From Bacteroidales bacterium (lineage in GTDB: Bacteria; Bacteroidota; Bacteroidia; Bacteroidales; UBA3663), in contig JAZQOK010000004.1 of the NCBI GenBank assembly GCA_045627865.1, positions 6,663-70,662 on the forward strand: a DNA stretch of 64,000 bases. Reading direction: 5' to 3'. Shown here in pieces: positions 19,375 to 29,832 of the stretch. The first letter of the stretch is position 1. Every line of letters begins with the position of its first letter. The notes beneath the pieces were generated by a model, which worked only from the letters and a program-made list of their open reading frames with translations, did not search any database and was not told the DNA's origin. The position numbers were made by a program, and so were the translations under genes.

Positions 19375-20670
19375 TTAGAAGAAGATCAACTGAACGATGA
19401 TGTAGATTGGCAGGAAGATGATCAACGAATACTTGGCCATGTAGCCGAAGAATGAAGGCATCTTTATGCCGCTCTGCTCAGCAATCGACTTGACCATGAA
19501 GTTAGGACCATTGCCGATGTAGGTCAATGCGCCGAAGAATACAGCACCCACGGAGATAGCGCCGAGGAAGGCCTCACTGGCAAGACCAGGAATGCTTGCG
19601 TTCTCAGGAGCCATGGAATTGAAGACCATGGCAGTTGGTGCATTGTCAAGGAAGGCAGAGAGAATACCTGTGCAATAGAGGTACTGCCAAGGCTGTGAAA
19701 GAACCTCCTGAATCTGAGTCTTCATTTCGCCGAGGAACATCAGGGCTGGGGTCATGGTAGCGAAGATGCCGACGAATACACAAGCCACTTCGAGGATTGG
19801 TGTCCAAGAGAAGTTATTGTCCAGACGTGTCTGCTTCTTGGTGGTCAACATACTTGCAACGATGATGGCAATGAATACCCACTCACGGAGTAACTTGATG
19901 TAGAAAGGAGCGTGATGGTCAGCCATGCACTCGATGTACTTGCCATTGATGAACATAGTAGAGGCGATGACGCAAAGCAACCAGAAGATATTAATCAAAC
20001 CACCGAAAGAGATGGCTGTAGTTTGCGAATTGTCTGCCTCGAGGTTCTCCTTGGGTTCCTTCTTATAATAATATGTATCCATGCAGAAATAGGTAGCCAG
20101 CAACAGGATGCCAGTAACAGCCCACTCAGGGGTAAGGCTGAAGAACCAGGTGAAGTCAGCGCCCTTTTGGAAAAGAAGGAACAACGGCGGGTCACCTAGT
20201 GGAGTCAAAAGTCCACCGCAGTTGGCTACGACTGCAATAAAGAACATGATGGTGTGTACCTTGTACTTGCGCTCGGAGATGGTCTGAATCAGCAGACGGA
20301 TCAAGAGCATGGCAGCACCGGTAGTGCCCATGAAAGATGCCAACACCCAACCGATAGCCAGGATGATAGTGTTGGTGATTGGCTTGGCCTTGAGGTCTCC
20401 CTTGATGCGGATACCGCCGGTGGTAACGAACAATGCCATGAGCAAAAGGATGAACGGCACGTAGTCGTAAATCATCTGATGCTCCAACTCGTGGCTCATG
20501 CCGTTGGCGCAGAGCCAAATTGCTACAGGTACGCCCAGAATGAGCGAAACGTAGAGCTTGTGCAGATTGTGTTCCCACCACTCCTCCAACTTGGTGAGTG
20601 GCAATATGGCGATGCAAAGGAGCATGACCACAAAGGGAATCAACATCCACGCAGGAATTAAGTGTTCCAT
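19375..20670 (-). CDS. NhaD/ArsB/CitMHS-superfamily ion transporter (sodium:proton antiporter-like)
   Basis: 431 aa with about 11-12 TM helices. N-terminus MEHLIPAWMLIPFVVMLLCIAILPL...EWWEHNLHKLY. Confidence 0.65.
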   Translation of the reverse strand: MEHLIPAWMLIPFVVMLLCIAILPLTKLEEWWEHNLHKLYVSLILGVPVAIWLCANGMSHELEHQMIYDYVPFILLLMALFVTTGGIRIKGDLKAKPITNTIILAIGWVLASFMGTTGAAMLLIRLLIQTISERKYKVHTIMFFIAVVANCGGLLTPLGDPPLFLLFQKGADFTWFFSLTPEWAVTGILLLATYFCMDTYYYKKEPKENLEADNSQTTAISFGGLINIFWLLCVIASTMFINGKYIECMADHHAPFYIKLLREWVFIAIIVASMLTTKKQTRLDNNFSWTPILEVACVFVGIFATMTPALMFLGEMKTQIQEVLSQPWQYLYCTGILSAFLDNAPTAMVFNSMAPENASIPGLASEAFLGAISVGAVFFGALTYIGNGPNFMVKSIAEQSGIKMPSFFGYMAKYSLIIFLPIYIIVQLIFF

Positions 20671-20671
20671 A

Positions 20672-20717
20672 GGACCCTTCCCCGGCCCCTCCCATTTCGC
20701 TTCGCTAGGGAGGGGAG
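20672..20717 (+). repeat. GC-rich palindromic element, long subtype; G-rich arm abuts the antiporter start codon
   Basis: GGACCCTTCCCCGGCCCCTCCC-ATTTCGCTTCGCTA-GGGAGGGGAG. Together with the adjacent AT-rich/GGTAAC segment (to about 20770) it is homologous to 54000-54094 and 56375-56461. Confidence 0.8.
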
Positions 20718-20817
20718 TAGTTACCTTCTACTTACGGGGATTAATTTTGGTAATTATTAATAATTGTTGTTTGTTTTGTTTTATTGAGAATTTCGACCCA
20801 TGTCTTGTCGCAATACA

Positions 20818-20852
20818 CTCCCTCCCTTCTCAAGGGAGGGTTGGGGTGGGTC
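20818..20852 (-). repeat. GC-rich palindromic element, subtype 2, 4 nt after the lepA stop
   Basis: CTCCCTCCC-TTCTCAA-GGGAGGG-TTGGGGTGGGTC. The reverse complement begins GACCCACCCCAACCCTCCC. Confidence 0.85.
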
Positions 20853-20856
20853 TTTC

Positions 20857-22698
20857 TTAGTCGAGTTTCAAAACTGCAAGGAATGCTGTCTGAGGTACTT
20901 CGACTTTGCCAATCTGCTTCATGCGCTTCTTGCCTCGTTTCTGAGCCTCGAGCAGTTTGCGCTTACGGCTGACGTCACCACCATAACACTTGGCGGTTAC
21001 ATCCTTGCGCACCTGCTTGATGGTTTCGCGGGCAATGATCTTGGCACCGATGGCAGCCTGTACTGCTACATCAAACTGCTGACGAGGGATGAGTTCTTTC
21101 AGCTTCTCGCACATGCGACGACCGAAACGCTCTGCATTGTCAACGTGAGTCAGGGTGCTGAGTGCATCGACCTGTTCGCCGTTGAGAAGGATATCGAGCT
21201 TGATCAGCTTCGATGGACGGAAGTCGTGGATGTAGTAATCGAACGAAGCATAACCCTTCGAGATGGATTTGAGCTTGTCGTAGAAATCGATGACGATTTC
21301 GCCCAAAGGCAGGTCGAAGTAGATCTCGACGCGGTTGCCCGAGATGTACTTCTGTTCCACCAGTACGCCACGTTTGTCGAGGCAGAGCTTCATGATGCCA
21401 CCGATGAACTCTGTTTGTGTAATGATGGTGGCACGGATAAATGGCTCCTCGATATGCTCGATGGCCATGATGTCCGGCATGCCCGATGGGTTGTGGATTT
21501 CGGATTCAACGCCATGTTTGTCGAAAATCTTATAGGATACGTTCGGCACCGTAGTGATGACATCCATATTGAACTCACGACCCAGACGTTCCTGGACAAT
21601 CTCCATGTGGAGCAAACCGAGGAAGCCGCAACGGAAACCGAAACCGAGGGCCAACGAAGACTCCGGTACAAACGAGAGCGAGGCATCGTTAAGCTGCAGC
21701 TTCTCGAGCGAAGCACGCAGGTCTTCGTAATCTTCTGGGTCGATAGGATAGACACCGGCGAAGACCATAGGTTTGACCTCCTCGAATCCGGCAATCGCCT
21801 TGTCGCAAGGACGTGCCTGATGGGTAATGGTGTCACCCACCTTCACTTCGGTCGATGTCTTGATACCCGAGCAGATGTAACCTACGTCACCGCACTTGAC
21901 CTCGGCACGAGGTTCCATGTCCATACGGAGGATACCAACCTCGTCTGCATCATATTCGCTGCCGGTATTGACGAACTTGACCTTGTCGCCCTTCTTCATC
22001 GAACCATTCACGATCTTGAAGTAACCGATCACACCCTTATAGCTGTTGAATACTGAATCAAAGATCAAAGCCTGCAATGGAGCCTCCGGGTCGCCCGAAG
22101 GAGCAGGAACTCGTTCGACGATAGCCTCCAGGATCTCAGGAACACCGAGGCCAGTTTTGCCCGAAGCACGGAGAATCTCTTCGCGCTTACAGCCAAGCAG
22201 GTCGATGATTTCGTCCTCAACGAGTTCGGGCATGGCCGAATCCAAGTCGCACTTGTTGATGATTGGAATGATCTCGAGGTTATGGTCGATGGCCATGTAG
22301 AGGTTCGAGATGGTCTGTGCCTGAATGCCCTGCGTACCATCCACGATGAGCAGAGCGCCCTCGCAAGCGGCAATCGAACGTGAAACCTCGTACGAGAAAT
22401 CGACGTGGCCAGGGGTATCAATCAGGTTCAGAATATATTTGCCTGCCTCTTGTTGCTGGCCGATGTGCATGATCTGTTCCTCCTCGTTCAGTTGGCGAGG
22501 GGTGTAGTTGTAATCCATCTGGATGGCGTGGCTCTTGATGGTGATACCACGTTCGCGTTCCAGATCCATGTTGTCGAGTATCTGAGCTTGCATGTCGCGC
22601 TCGGCTACGGTCTTGGTACATTCCAGAAGGCGGTCGGCCAAAGTGGATTTACCGTGGTCAATGTGTGCGATGATGCAGAAGTTGCGGATATTCTTCAT
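20857..22698 (-). CDS. lepA: Translation elongation factor 4 (LepA)
   Basis: 613 aa. Start [25 protein letters not shown], followed by [11 protein letters not shown] and a LepA C-terminal domain. Confidence 0.95.
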   Translation of the reverse strand: MKNIRNFCIIAHIDHGKSTLADRLLECTKTVAERDMQAQILDNMDLERERGITIKSHAIQMDYNYTPRQLNEEEQIMHIGQQQEAGKYILNLIDTPGHVDFSYEVSRSIAACEGALLIVDGTQGIQAQTISNLYMAIDHNLEIIPIINKCDLDSAMPELVEDEIIDLLGCKREEILRASGKTGLGVPEILEAIVERVPAPSGDPEAPLQALIFDSVFNSYKGVIGYFKIVNGSMKKGDKVKFVNTGSEYDADEVGILRMDMEPRAEVKCGDVGYICSGIKTSTEVKVGDTITHQARPCDKAIAGFEEVKPMVFAGVYPIDPEDYEDLRASLEKLQLNDASLSFVPESSLALGFGFRCGFLGLLHMEIVQERLGREFNMDVITTVPNVSYKIFDKHGVESEIHNPSGMPDIMAIEHIEEPFIRATIITQTEFIGGIMKLCLDKRGVLVEQKYISGNRVEIYFDLPLGEIVIDFYDKLKSISKGYASFDYYIHDFRPSKLIKLDILLNGEQVDALSTLTHVDNAERFGRRMCEKLKELIPRQQFDVAVQAAIGAKIIARETIKQVRKDVTAKCYGGDVSRKRKLLEAQKRGKKRMKQIGKVEVPQTAFLAVLKLD

Positions 22699-22738
22699 AT
22701 TTTGTTTCGCGTTGTTTACGTTGTTATTGTTGTTTGCG

Positions 22739-23740
22739 TTATTTACGTTGCTGTTGTTCCCAGTCCAAGGCTGTTATGCCCTCAGGATGTTCGTGGTCGA
22801 AGAACTTCTCTGTCTGGAGAAAAGCTTCGTTACCCACACTGCGTTCGTAGTCGATGTGCCCCTGTCGGCTATGTTTCCATCGGTCATGCGACCAAAGCCA
22901 GTAACTTGGTTGCTCTTTGATGTTTGCCTCCAGTCGACGGCAATACTCTTCGGTGATCCAATGATCAGGCATGTGCTTCGAATCGTTGGTCATCAGCTGG
23001 AACTCGGCTACGTAACGACCACGGCGTTTGCGGCGTACGTGGATGTAGTAGCAATCCATATCCATCTTACGGGCGATGCGTTCAGCACCATCCAATACCG
23101 GAGTATCGATGCCGAAGAAAGGTAACCAGTAGTTGATGTTGTTCCATTTCGGTGCCTGATCGGCTATGAAGCCCACAACCACAGGAACACCCTCTTTCTG
23201 ATATTTGACGATGTGGCGGAGCGACTCCTGCATCTTGATGTTCGTCGAACCGGTTCGTTCGCGTACATAGCCCATCAGCCGGTCCATGGCCTTGTTCTTG
23301 AGCGGATGGTAGAGCTGCAGGCATTTGCCTACCTGTGGATCCACCCAAAGTGGCAGAGAAGAGATCCACTCCCAGTTGCAATAATGGCCCAGATAGCAGG
23401 CGCATGACTTGCCTTCGCGCAGCGACTGATGCAGTCGGTCCAATCCCTTAAACTCCATGCGATAGCGAAGTTCGGATTTCGAGATGGAGAAGAACTTGAT
23501 AGCTTCGACGATATAGTCGCAGAAGAAGAGATAGAATCGGCGTTCGATCTTGTTGCGGCGATGCTGGCTCGATTCCGGGAAGGCTCGTTTCAGATTCTCT
23601 CTAACGATGTTGCGTCGATAACGGATCACATAGCGCAAGAACAGATATAGGATGTTCGCTCCCAGGTAATGGAAGACCATCGGTAGCACCGAAAGGAGCC
23701 ACCAGAATCCGAACATGATATAATAGAGAATCTTGTGCAT
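22739..23740 (-). CDS. Lysophospholipid/lipid A late acyltransferase (LpxL/HtrB-like)
   Basis: 333 aa. N-terminal TM segment plus ...[17 protein letters not shown]..., typical of the lauroyl/myristoyl acyltransferase family. Confidence 0.7.
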   Translation of the reverse strand: MHKILYYIMFGFWWLLSVLPMVFHYLGANILYLFLRYVIRYRRNIVRENLKRAFPESSQHRRNKIERRFYLFFCDYIVEAIKFFSISKSELRYRMEFKGLDRLHQSLREGKSCACYLGHYCNWEWISSLPLWVDPQVGKCLQLYHPLKNKAMDRLMGYVRERTGSTNIKMQESLRHIVKYQKEGVPVVVGFIADQAPKWNNINYWLPFFGIDTPVLDGAERIARKMDMDCYYIHVRRKRRGRYVAEFQLMTNDSKHMPDHWITEEYCRRLEANIKEQPSYWLWSHDRWKHSRQGHIDYERSVGNEAFLQTEKFFDHEHPEGITALDWEQQQRK

Positions 23741-23745
23741 AGAGA

Positions 23746-24936
23746 TCAGAAGATTGGTAGTTTAAGAACCTGCTCGATGACAGGTGCCATGTCGTAATAC
23801 TTGTATTGGGCAAGACGTCCGCCGAAGAGGATTGTGCCTTTCTGTCCCACCTGAATGGTGTTGGCGTCAATCTCCTCCGGGAACAGAATGCCCGATTGGT
23901 GTGCCAATGCACGGTACTGGGCAACAAGATCGTTGTTGCGGTTGTCGTTGACTGGATAGAACGGCTCCATGCCCGGTTCGTATTCGGTCGAATACTCCTC
24001 GCTGATTACCGTCTTCGGACAATCATAAACCTCCTGTCCGAACATCTCGAAATGTTTGTGTTCGATGACGCGGGTGTAAGGTTCGTTGTGGCTCGTGTAG
24101 TTGACCACGGCATTGCCCTGATAGTTTGGGGTGTCCTCCGTGCGTGTCTTGAAGGTGACGGTGCGCCAATCCAATCGTCCCAGTTGATAGTCGAAGAATT
24201 CGTCGATGGCGCCTGTATAAACCAGATTGTCGGCCACTTCCTGCCAATGGTCACGCAACGAGAAGAAATCTTTTCTGGTTTCGGTATCGATGCCATCCAG
24301 CAATTGTCCAATAAGGGCATTGTAGCCACCAATCGGGATGCCCTGAAAGCGGTCGTTGAAATAGTTGTTGTCGAAGATCAGACGAACCGGGAGACGCTTG
24401 ATGATAAAGGCAGGCAGCTCCTTGCAATCTCTGCCCCATTGCTTCTCGGTGTACTCCTTGATCAGTTTTTCGAAGATATCGCGTCCCACCAGACAGAGTG
24501 CCTGTTCCTCGAGGTTTCTTGGTTCCTCGATTCCCGCTTCCTGAAGTTTCGCCATAGCCTCCTTGCGCTGCTCCTCGATGCGGGCTTGGGCTTGCGCCGG
24601 AGTATGAACATCTGGCCACATACGGTTGAAGGTGTTCATGTTGAAGGGGAGGTTATAGAGCTCCCCCTTGTAGTTGGCAACCGGGCAGTTGGTGTAGCGG
24701 TTGAATTCCACAAGCGAGTTCACGAAATCCCAAACCTCTTTGTTGTTGGTATGGAAGATGTGTGCGCCGTATTTGTGCACGTTGATGTTCTCGACCTTAT
24801 CGCAATAGACATTGCCACCCAGCTGCGGACGTTTGTCGATGACAAGGCATCTCTTGCCCGCCCTCTTCGCCCGATAGGCAAAGGTGGCACCAAACAAACC
24901 AGATCCTACAATCAGATAATCGTATTTTGGTTTCAT
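23746..24936 (-). CDS. glf: UDP-galactopyranose mutase
   Basis: Start placed at ATG 24936 (MKPKYDYLIVGSGLFGATFA, the FAD-binding GxGxxG motif). Also ...GGNVYC...NVHKYGAHIFHT. Confidence 0.9.
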   Translation of the reverse strand: MKPKYDYLIVGSGLFGATFAYRAKRAGKRCLVIDKRPQLGGNVYCDKVENINVHKYGAHIFHTNNKEVWDFVNSLVEFNRYTNCPVANYKGELYNLPFNMNTFNRMWPDVHTPAQAQARIEEQRKEAMAKLQEAGIEEPRNLEEQALCLVGRDIFEKLIKEYTEKQWGRDCKELPAFIIKRLPVRLIFDNNYFNDRFQGIPIGGYNALIGQLLDGIDTETRKDFFSLRDHWQEVADNLVYTGAIDEFFDYQLGRLDWRTVTFKTRTEDTPNYQGNAVVNYTSHNEPYTRVIEHKHFEMFGQEVYDCPKTVISEEYSTEYEPGMEPFYPVNDNRNNDLVAQYRALAHQSGILFPEEIDANTIQVGQKGTILFGGRLAQYKYYDMAPVIEQVLKLPIF

Positions 24937-25041
24937 TACAGTAGAGATGCTTTTTCGTTTCGAAACTTTATAAATCCGCGCGCAAAGGTACAAAATTATA
25001 AGCAGAAATCAAAACAAATTGCGGAGAAAAGTGTTTCTCGC

Positions 25042-25965
25042 TTATATTTTCTTGTATTTCGGTTTCGCCAAACCTAATGTCCAAAGCAATTTATTGATAT
25101 GCTTTTCGAACCAGTCGCCCCATTTGCGGACAGGTTTATAGTGGGCGAAAGGAGTTGCTGCCAGATACTCTGCGTACAACTTGGCCAGTGGATGGTAGCA
25201 CTTGTAATCCCAAGGTTTGTGTCCGCCGGTGTAGTGTAGGATGGCTGGCGTCCTAAGGTTTGCGTCCACCTCGGGGATGAGATGCTGTGGGAGGAATTTG
25301 CGGCGACGACGATAGAATCCGTCTTGCATGTTGTACCGGACAGGCAACCATATCTTGCGATTGTAAAAAATGCCGTTCAGGATGTCCTGATCGTTGTATT
25401 TGAGTACCTCCTTGTATTGACGGATAAAATCCAGCGAGAGCTGCGAAACGTTCATCTCCCGCCAACGATCCATGTTGATGAGAAGTACACCGGCGTTGAA
25501 GTAAGAATAGCTGGCCGGATAGCCCAATCTTTCATCCTTGATGCCGTTCAATGCCCACATATCTTCGACCACACCGACCACAGCATCGCCCATGTCGAAA
25601 CGCCAGAGTTCGTCCAAGTTGTCTGTAACGAGCAAGTCGCAGTCGATGTAGAGTGCCCGATGGATTTCGGCCGGAAGGACATCGCTCATGAAGCAGCGGT
25701 AGAAGGTGGCTGTCGAGATGTGTCCCGTCAGTTGTGGCAGATTGCTTTCGACCCAGTTTCTGTCTAAGGTGTAGAAGGAAACCGGTAGGTCCAGCGACGA
25801 TGAATAACTGGTGATTGCCTTTTCGGTGTCGGATTTCAGTCCTGCGGAAAGTATATGTATATGGAACGGTGTTTCGGGGTTGTTCTTTCGCAGCGAACAT
25901 ACCGTTGTCATATAAGGCATCACATAGTTATCGTCAATATTGCAAATGATATGAATAGTGTCCAT
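25042..25965 (-). CDS. Glycosyltransferase family 8 (LPS alpha-1,3-glycosyltransferase-like)
   Basis: 307 aa. MDTIHIICNIDDNYVMPYMTTVCSL..., a DxD motif (YIDCDLLV) and HYTGGHKPW. Confidence 0.8.
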   Translation of the reverse strand: MDTIHIICNIDDNYVMPYMTTVCSLRKNNPETPFHIHILSAGLKSDTEKAITSYSSSLDLPVSFYTLDRNWVESNLPQLTGHISTATFYRCFMSDVLPAEIHRALYIDCDLLVTDNLDELWRFDMGDAVVGVVEDMWALNGIKDERLGYPASYSYFNAGVLLINMDRWREMNVSQLSLDFIRQYKEVLKYNDQDILNGIFYNRKIWLPVRYNMQDGFYRRRRKFLPQHLIPEVDANLRTPAILHYTGGHKPWDYKCYHPLAKLYAEYLAATPFAHYKPVRKWGDWFEKHINKLLWTLGLAKPKYKKI

Positions 25966-26128
25966 ACACGCTTGTATTTTTGTGCAAAGATAGATATTTT
26001 ATAGGTGAAATCAAAACAAAAGGGCTGAAAAACATCGTGAAGGAGTGAAATTCATGTACATTTGTTGCAAATGCAGATTTTTTTGCATAACTTTGCCGCA
26101 ATAATCAATTGAATACGCGTACAATTCT

Positions 26129-27145
26129 ATGAATCTGTTCCTCAAAATACAGTTCAATAACAAGGCCAAGAATGACATCGATGTTCTGATGGGCCAAAGC
26201 GGTTTCCGTAATGTCGCCGTAGGCTCCGAATGGCATGGTAAAGTGGCCCGTTTCTTCGCTAAATTATTATCGGTCTTCCTGCTCGTCTTCCGGGTTCATC
26301 GCGGCGATGTGCTTCTCGTTCAATATCCCTTCAAGAAGTATTATCCAACCCTCTGCCGCATTGCCCACATGCGTGGCGCTAAGGTTGTAACCCTGATTCA
26401 TGATCTGGGATGTTTTCGTCGTAAGAAGCTGACTGTCACCGACGAGGTTAAGAAACTCAGCATGACCGATGTGCTTATTGTTCACAATGAGTCGATGCAG
26501 CAGTTCCTGTCAGATCATGGTTATCAGCGTCCGATGCTCACCTTGGATATTTTCGATTACCTGGCTCCTGAAGAGCCGGTAGCAACTCCGGTACATGCCG
26601 AGGGTTCCCCATGGTCCGTTGTCTATGCCGGAAGCCTTGCCGAACGCAAGAATAAGTTCCTCTATCTGCTCGACGAAGCCTTGCCTGCCGATTGTGCCTG
26701 GAAGCTCTATATTCATGGCAAGGGCTTGGACGAAGAGAAAGCCGCCCATTGGCAGCATATCGAGGCACGAGGTTTCATCAAATCCGACGATTTCGTGCGC
26801 GATTCCATCGGCCATTTCGGTTTGGTGTGGGATGGTTCTTCGATCGAGGAGTGTGCCGGTGACTGGGGTGTTTACCTCAAGGTCAACAATCCGCACAAGA
26901 CCTCTTTCTACCTGCGCAGTGGCAAACCTGTCATCATGTGGCGTGAGGCTGCTCTTTCGGCCTTCGTCGAACGTGAGGGCGTAGGTATCGTGGTCGGTTC
27001 GTTGACCGAATTGAACGAGCGTCTGCAGCAGCTCTCAGCCGCCGAATACGAGGCGATGGTCAACCGTGTACAGCGAGTCCGCAAGCAGTTGGCTGCGGGG
27101 TATTATTTCAACGAGGCATATCTCCAAGCGCTCAAATTGCTGTAA
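26129..27145 (+). CDS. WbbI-like beta-galactofuranosyltransferase
   Basis: 338 aa. The segment FGLVWDGSSIEECAGDWGVYLKVNNPHKTSFYLRSGKPVIMWREAALSAFVEREGVGIVVGSL matches my recollection of the E. coli WbbI family signature (FGLIWDG...NNPHKTS). The gene lies next to glf. Confidence 0.65.
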   Translation: MNLFLKIQFNNKAKNDIDVLMGQSGFRNVAVGSEWHGKVARFFAKLLSVFLLVFRVHRGDVLLVQYPFKKYYPTLCRIAHMRGAKVVTLIHDLGCFRRKKLTVTDEVKKLSMTDVLIVHNESMQQFLSDHGYQRPMLTLDIFDYLAPEEPVATPVHAEGSPWSVVYAGSLAERKNKFLYLLDEALPADCAWKLYIHGKGLDEEKAAHWQHIEARGFIKSDDFVRDSIGHFGLVWDGSSIEECAGDWGVYLKVNNPHKTSFYLRSGKPVIMWREAALSAFVEREGVGIVVGSLTELNERLQQLSAAEYEAMVNRVQRVRKQLAAGYYFNEAYLQALKLL

Positions 27146-27148
27146 GGT

Positions 27149-28213
27149 ATGAAGGTTATTGTTGTCGAATTCGGTAACTGGCACGATGAATGCCTGTATT
27201 CCCCTTGCCTCATGTTCTCGAAAATGGGCTATGAGGTGGTTTTGGCGGCCAATAGCAAGTTGCGTGGACGAATTGAGCAGGAACTGCAGCCGGTAACTGT
27301 CGAGCAGCATTATTTCGACTTCGGAACCCGTCTTGTGGATTTGAAGGTGCTTTGGCAATTCCGTAAGTTTGTGATTGAGAGTGGCGCCGATGCCCTCCAC
27401 ATCAATACTGCCCAGGGAACCCTGGCGTGGAAGTTCTTTCTCCTGCCATTGCCACGCCGCATCAAGGTGAGTGGTGTGATGCACAATGTCGCCAAACTGC
27501 GTAGCAGCTCCGGACAGAAGTTCATTACCCGTCGCATTGACCGATACATGTTGCTCAGCGACTTGCTGATTCCCGCCTACAAGGCCTCGGGCTGTACCGT
27601 GCCATACGTGGTTAACTATGCCATCTTCCGTGCCCAAAATGGGGCGTTGGATGCCCACGTACAGAAGCCTGCCGACGAACTTTGGCTGGTTGTGCCAGGT
27701 GCGGTCAATTACCATCGTCGTGACTACGAGGCATTGCTGCACCTTGACCTGCCCTCGTCGGTGAAGATCATCATTCTGGGAAATATCAATAAGGAGGATG
27801 GATTGGTATTCAAGGCTCAATTAGAGGCAATGCCTGCGGATTATCAGTCGCATTTCGTGCTGTTTGATAAGTTTGTGCCCAACGAGACTTTCGATGCCTA
27901 CATGTCGCAGTGTGATTTCCTGTTGCCGCTGGTTCATACCAGTCGTGGCGGATTGGGCAAATACCTTACTGACAAGATTTCTGGAACCTACAACCTGGCG
28001 GTCATTCACCGCAAACCGATGTTGTGTCCGCAGACGCTCAACGGCCATGGCGATATGCACGATGTTGCTTTGTTCTATGCGTCGGAGGAGCCCGAGGCCC
28101 TCTCTGCCTTGCTGCGGTTAGAGAAGTTCGATACCCGTGGTTTATTCCAGTCGGAGAAGTGGAGCGAGCGTTATCAGCTCCAGCAGATGCGAGCTGCTTT
28201 TAGTGGTCGATAA
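27149..28213 (+). CDS. Putative GT-B-fold glycosyltransferase (divergent GT1/GT4-like)
   Basis: 354 aa. It is co-directional with, and 3 nt downstream of, the WbbI-like gene inside the LPS-core cluster. No canonical motif is recognised with certainty. Confidence 0.4.
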   Translation: MKVIVVEFGNWHDECLYSPCLMFSKMGYEVVLAANSKLRGRIEQELQPVTVEQHYFDFGTRLVDLKVLWQFRKFVIESGADALHINTAQGTLAWKFFLLPLPRRIKVSGVMHNVAKLRSSSGQKFITRRIDRYMLLSDLLIPAYKASGCTVPYVVNYAIFRAQNGALDAHVQKPADELWLVVPGAVNYHRRDYEALLHLDLPSSVKIIILGNINKEDGLVFKAQLEAMPADYQSHFVLFDKFVPNETFDAYMSQCDFLLPLVHTSRGGLGKYLTDKISGTYNLAVIHRKPMLCPQTLNGHGDMHDVALFYASEEPEALSALLRLEKFDTRGLFQSEKWSERYQLQQMRAAFSGR

Positions 28214-28216
28214 AGA

Positions 28217-28972
28217 TTAGTGGCGTTTCTTGAATCGTCTCAGGAACGCCTTCTTTTGTTCAAAACGGTTAACTGCATCGTTAACCTCTTTCAATGCCTG
28301 ATTTTCGTCCCATTGGCGAAGTCGGGCATAATTTCGTATGATCAGTTCCATGACCTGACGGTTGTGCGTCAGACGGAACAGGTTGTCGAGCGACTCCTTG
28401 CGGTTTGCCGGACGACCCAGGAACTTCGAGCGGTTCACATCGATTACCGCGAAGTGGTAGTTGCCATCGCCCTCCTGGTGCCATAGGAAGTTCGAGAGAT
28501 TGGTGTCGCCATGCAGGAAGCCCTTTTCGTGCAGCGTGACCAGATATTGCGCCAATGCCTCGGTGAGCGGCTCTTTACCTTCGAAGTCAGGTTCCAGCAG
28601 TACCCAGCAAGAACGGTCATTGTTCTCGGTGCTTGCAAAGTAATATTGACGTACCCAACCGAAGGCATTACGCAGGGTCAATGCGCCCAGCGGACGAGGG
28701 GTATCGATGCCCATAGCCAGCAGTTGTTCGGCGAAGAGGTAAGCCTTCTCTGCCTTGTTGTGCCAGAAGGTGCTGTAACTGAGGCCCTGGAAGAAGTTCG
28801 GACGTTTGTAGCGTTTCACGATGATCGATGCCGGCAATCCCTCCGACGTTTGCGAGAAACGGCGGATCTGGTTTCTTTTGTCGTAGAGAATCTCACCCTT
28901 GCCATCGGCAAAGTTCTTGGGGAGGCTCTCCATGAAGGAGTGCATCTTATCGTCGCAACTCAAACAATACAT
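28217..28972 (-). CDS. Lipopolysaccharide kinase family protein (Kdo/WaaP-type)
   Basis: 251 aa. Kinase catalytic-loop-like GFLHGDTNLSNFLW, plus VIDVNRSKF. Confidence 0.75.
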   Translation of the reverse strand: MYCLSCDDKMHSFMESLPKNFADGKGEILYDKRNQIRRFSQTSEGLPASIIVKRYKRPNFFQGLSYSTFWHNKAEKAYLFAEQLLAMGIDTPRPLGALTLRNAFGWVRQYYFASTENNDRSCWVLLEPDFEGKEPLTEALAQYLVTLHEKGFLHGDTNLSNFLWHQEGDGNYHFAVIDVNRSKFLGRPANRKESLDNLFRLTHNRQVMELIIRNYARLRQWDENQALKEVNDAVNRFEQKKAFLRRFKKRH

Positions 28973-28993
28973 TGGCTTTTACTTTACAGCGGG

Positions 28994-29800
28994 TTAGAGA
29001 TGTTGGATGCCGTTTGGGGTCTTGATGACGTGTGCCTCGCGGGTGTGCTTGCGAATAGCACGGTTTGTGGCCATGGTTTCAGGCGTCTTGTACGGACGCT
29101 TGTGGTCCAGGTGCATGACGATGGCTGAATATCTGATCTGGATTGATTTGATGCCGAGGTTCCAGAGTCGTTCGCCAAACTCGCGATCCTGTCCGCCGTA
29201 GTGCATATCCTGGTTGTAGCCATTGATTTCGAGCATATCCTTGCGCCAGCCGGAGGCGTTGCAGCCGTTCCAGGAAGCGGCAGCTGGGGTGATGTGATTC
29301 ATGAACCAGGCATAGCCTCTGCTGCGGAACAGCTTGGTGAGTTTGAACGAGAGGGGTTGTCCCTTGCTGCGCAGCCAGCTGATGTTGAATACCTCCTTCG
29401 AGAGGATCTCCTTCTCGGTTACCTGTTGGGTGACAGGCATCGTCATCTTGAAGTAACCACCCGAAAGGAAATACCCCGGACGGGCATACTGCTCGTGTAC
29501 CGCAACGAAGTCTTCGCGTGGGATGCAATCCTGGTCGGTGAAAATCAGATAGTCAGCTTCGGCGGCTACCAGTGCCTTGTTCAGGATTTCGCTCTTCTGG
29601 AAACCACGGTCCTCGTGCCATACGTGCTTGATGGGCAGACGGTCGCGATAGCTGTCAATCAGCTGTCTGGTTTCCTCTTTCGAACCATCGTCGGCAATGA
29701 CTACTTCGTCCACCTTGCGTGTCTGATGACAATAGCCCTCGAGTGTCAGTTTGAGATACTCGGGCTTGTTGTAGGTCGAGATTACTACTCCGATTTTCAT
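28994..29800 (-). CDS. Glycosyltransferase family 2
   Basis: 268 aa. MKIGVVISTYNKPEYLKLTLEGYCHQT...VVIADDGS...FTDQDCIP. Confidence 0.85.
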   Translation of the reverse strand: MKIGVVISTYNKPEYLKLTLEGYCHQTRKVDEVVIADDGSKEETRQLIDSYRDRLPIKHVWHEDRGFQKSEILNKALVAAEADYLIFTDQDCIPREDFVAVHEQYARPGYFLSGGYFKMTMPVTQQVTEKEILSKEVFNISWLRSKGQPLSFKLTKLFRSRGYAWFMNHITPAAASWNGCNASGWRKDMLEINGYNQDMHYGGQDREFGERLWNLGIKSIQIRYSAIVMHLDHKRPYKTPETMATNRAIRKHTREAHVIKTPNGIQHL

Positions 29801-29832
29801 AGCGGTAGGGGGATATGGTTTATGGTTTGGTG

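Noticed and set aside
20800-22056. 418-aa ORF on the plus strand
   Set aside because: It is antisense to lepA, whose translation is a textbook EF4. This is a typical long shadow ORF in a GC-balanced, codon-biased gene.
23806-25077. 423-aa ORF on the plus strand
   Set aside because: It is antisense to glf (FAD motif and the full-length mutase lie on the minus strand). It is a shadow ORF.
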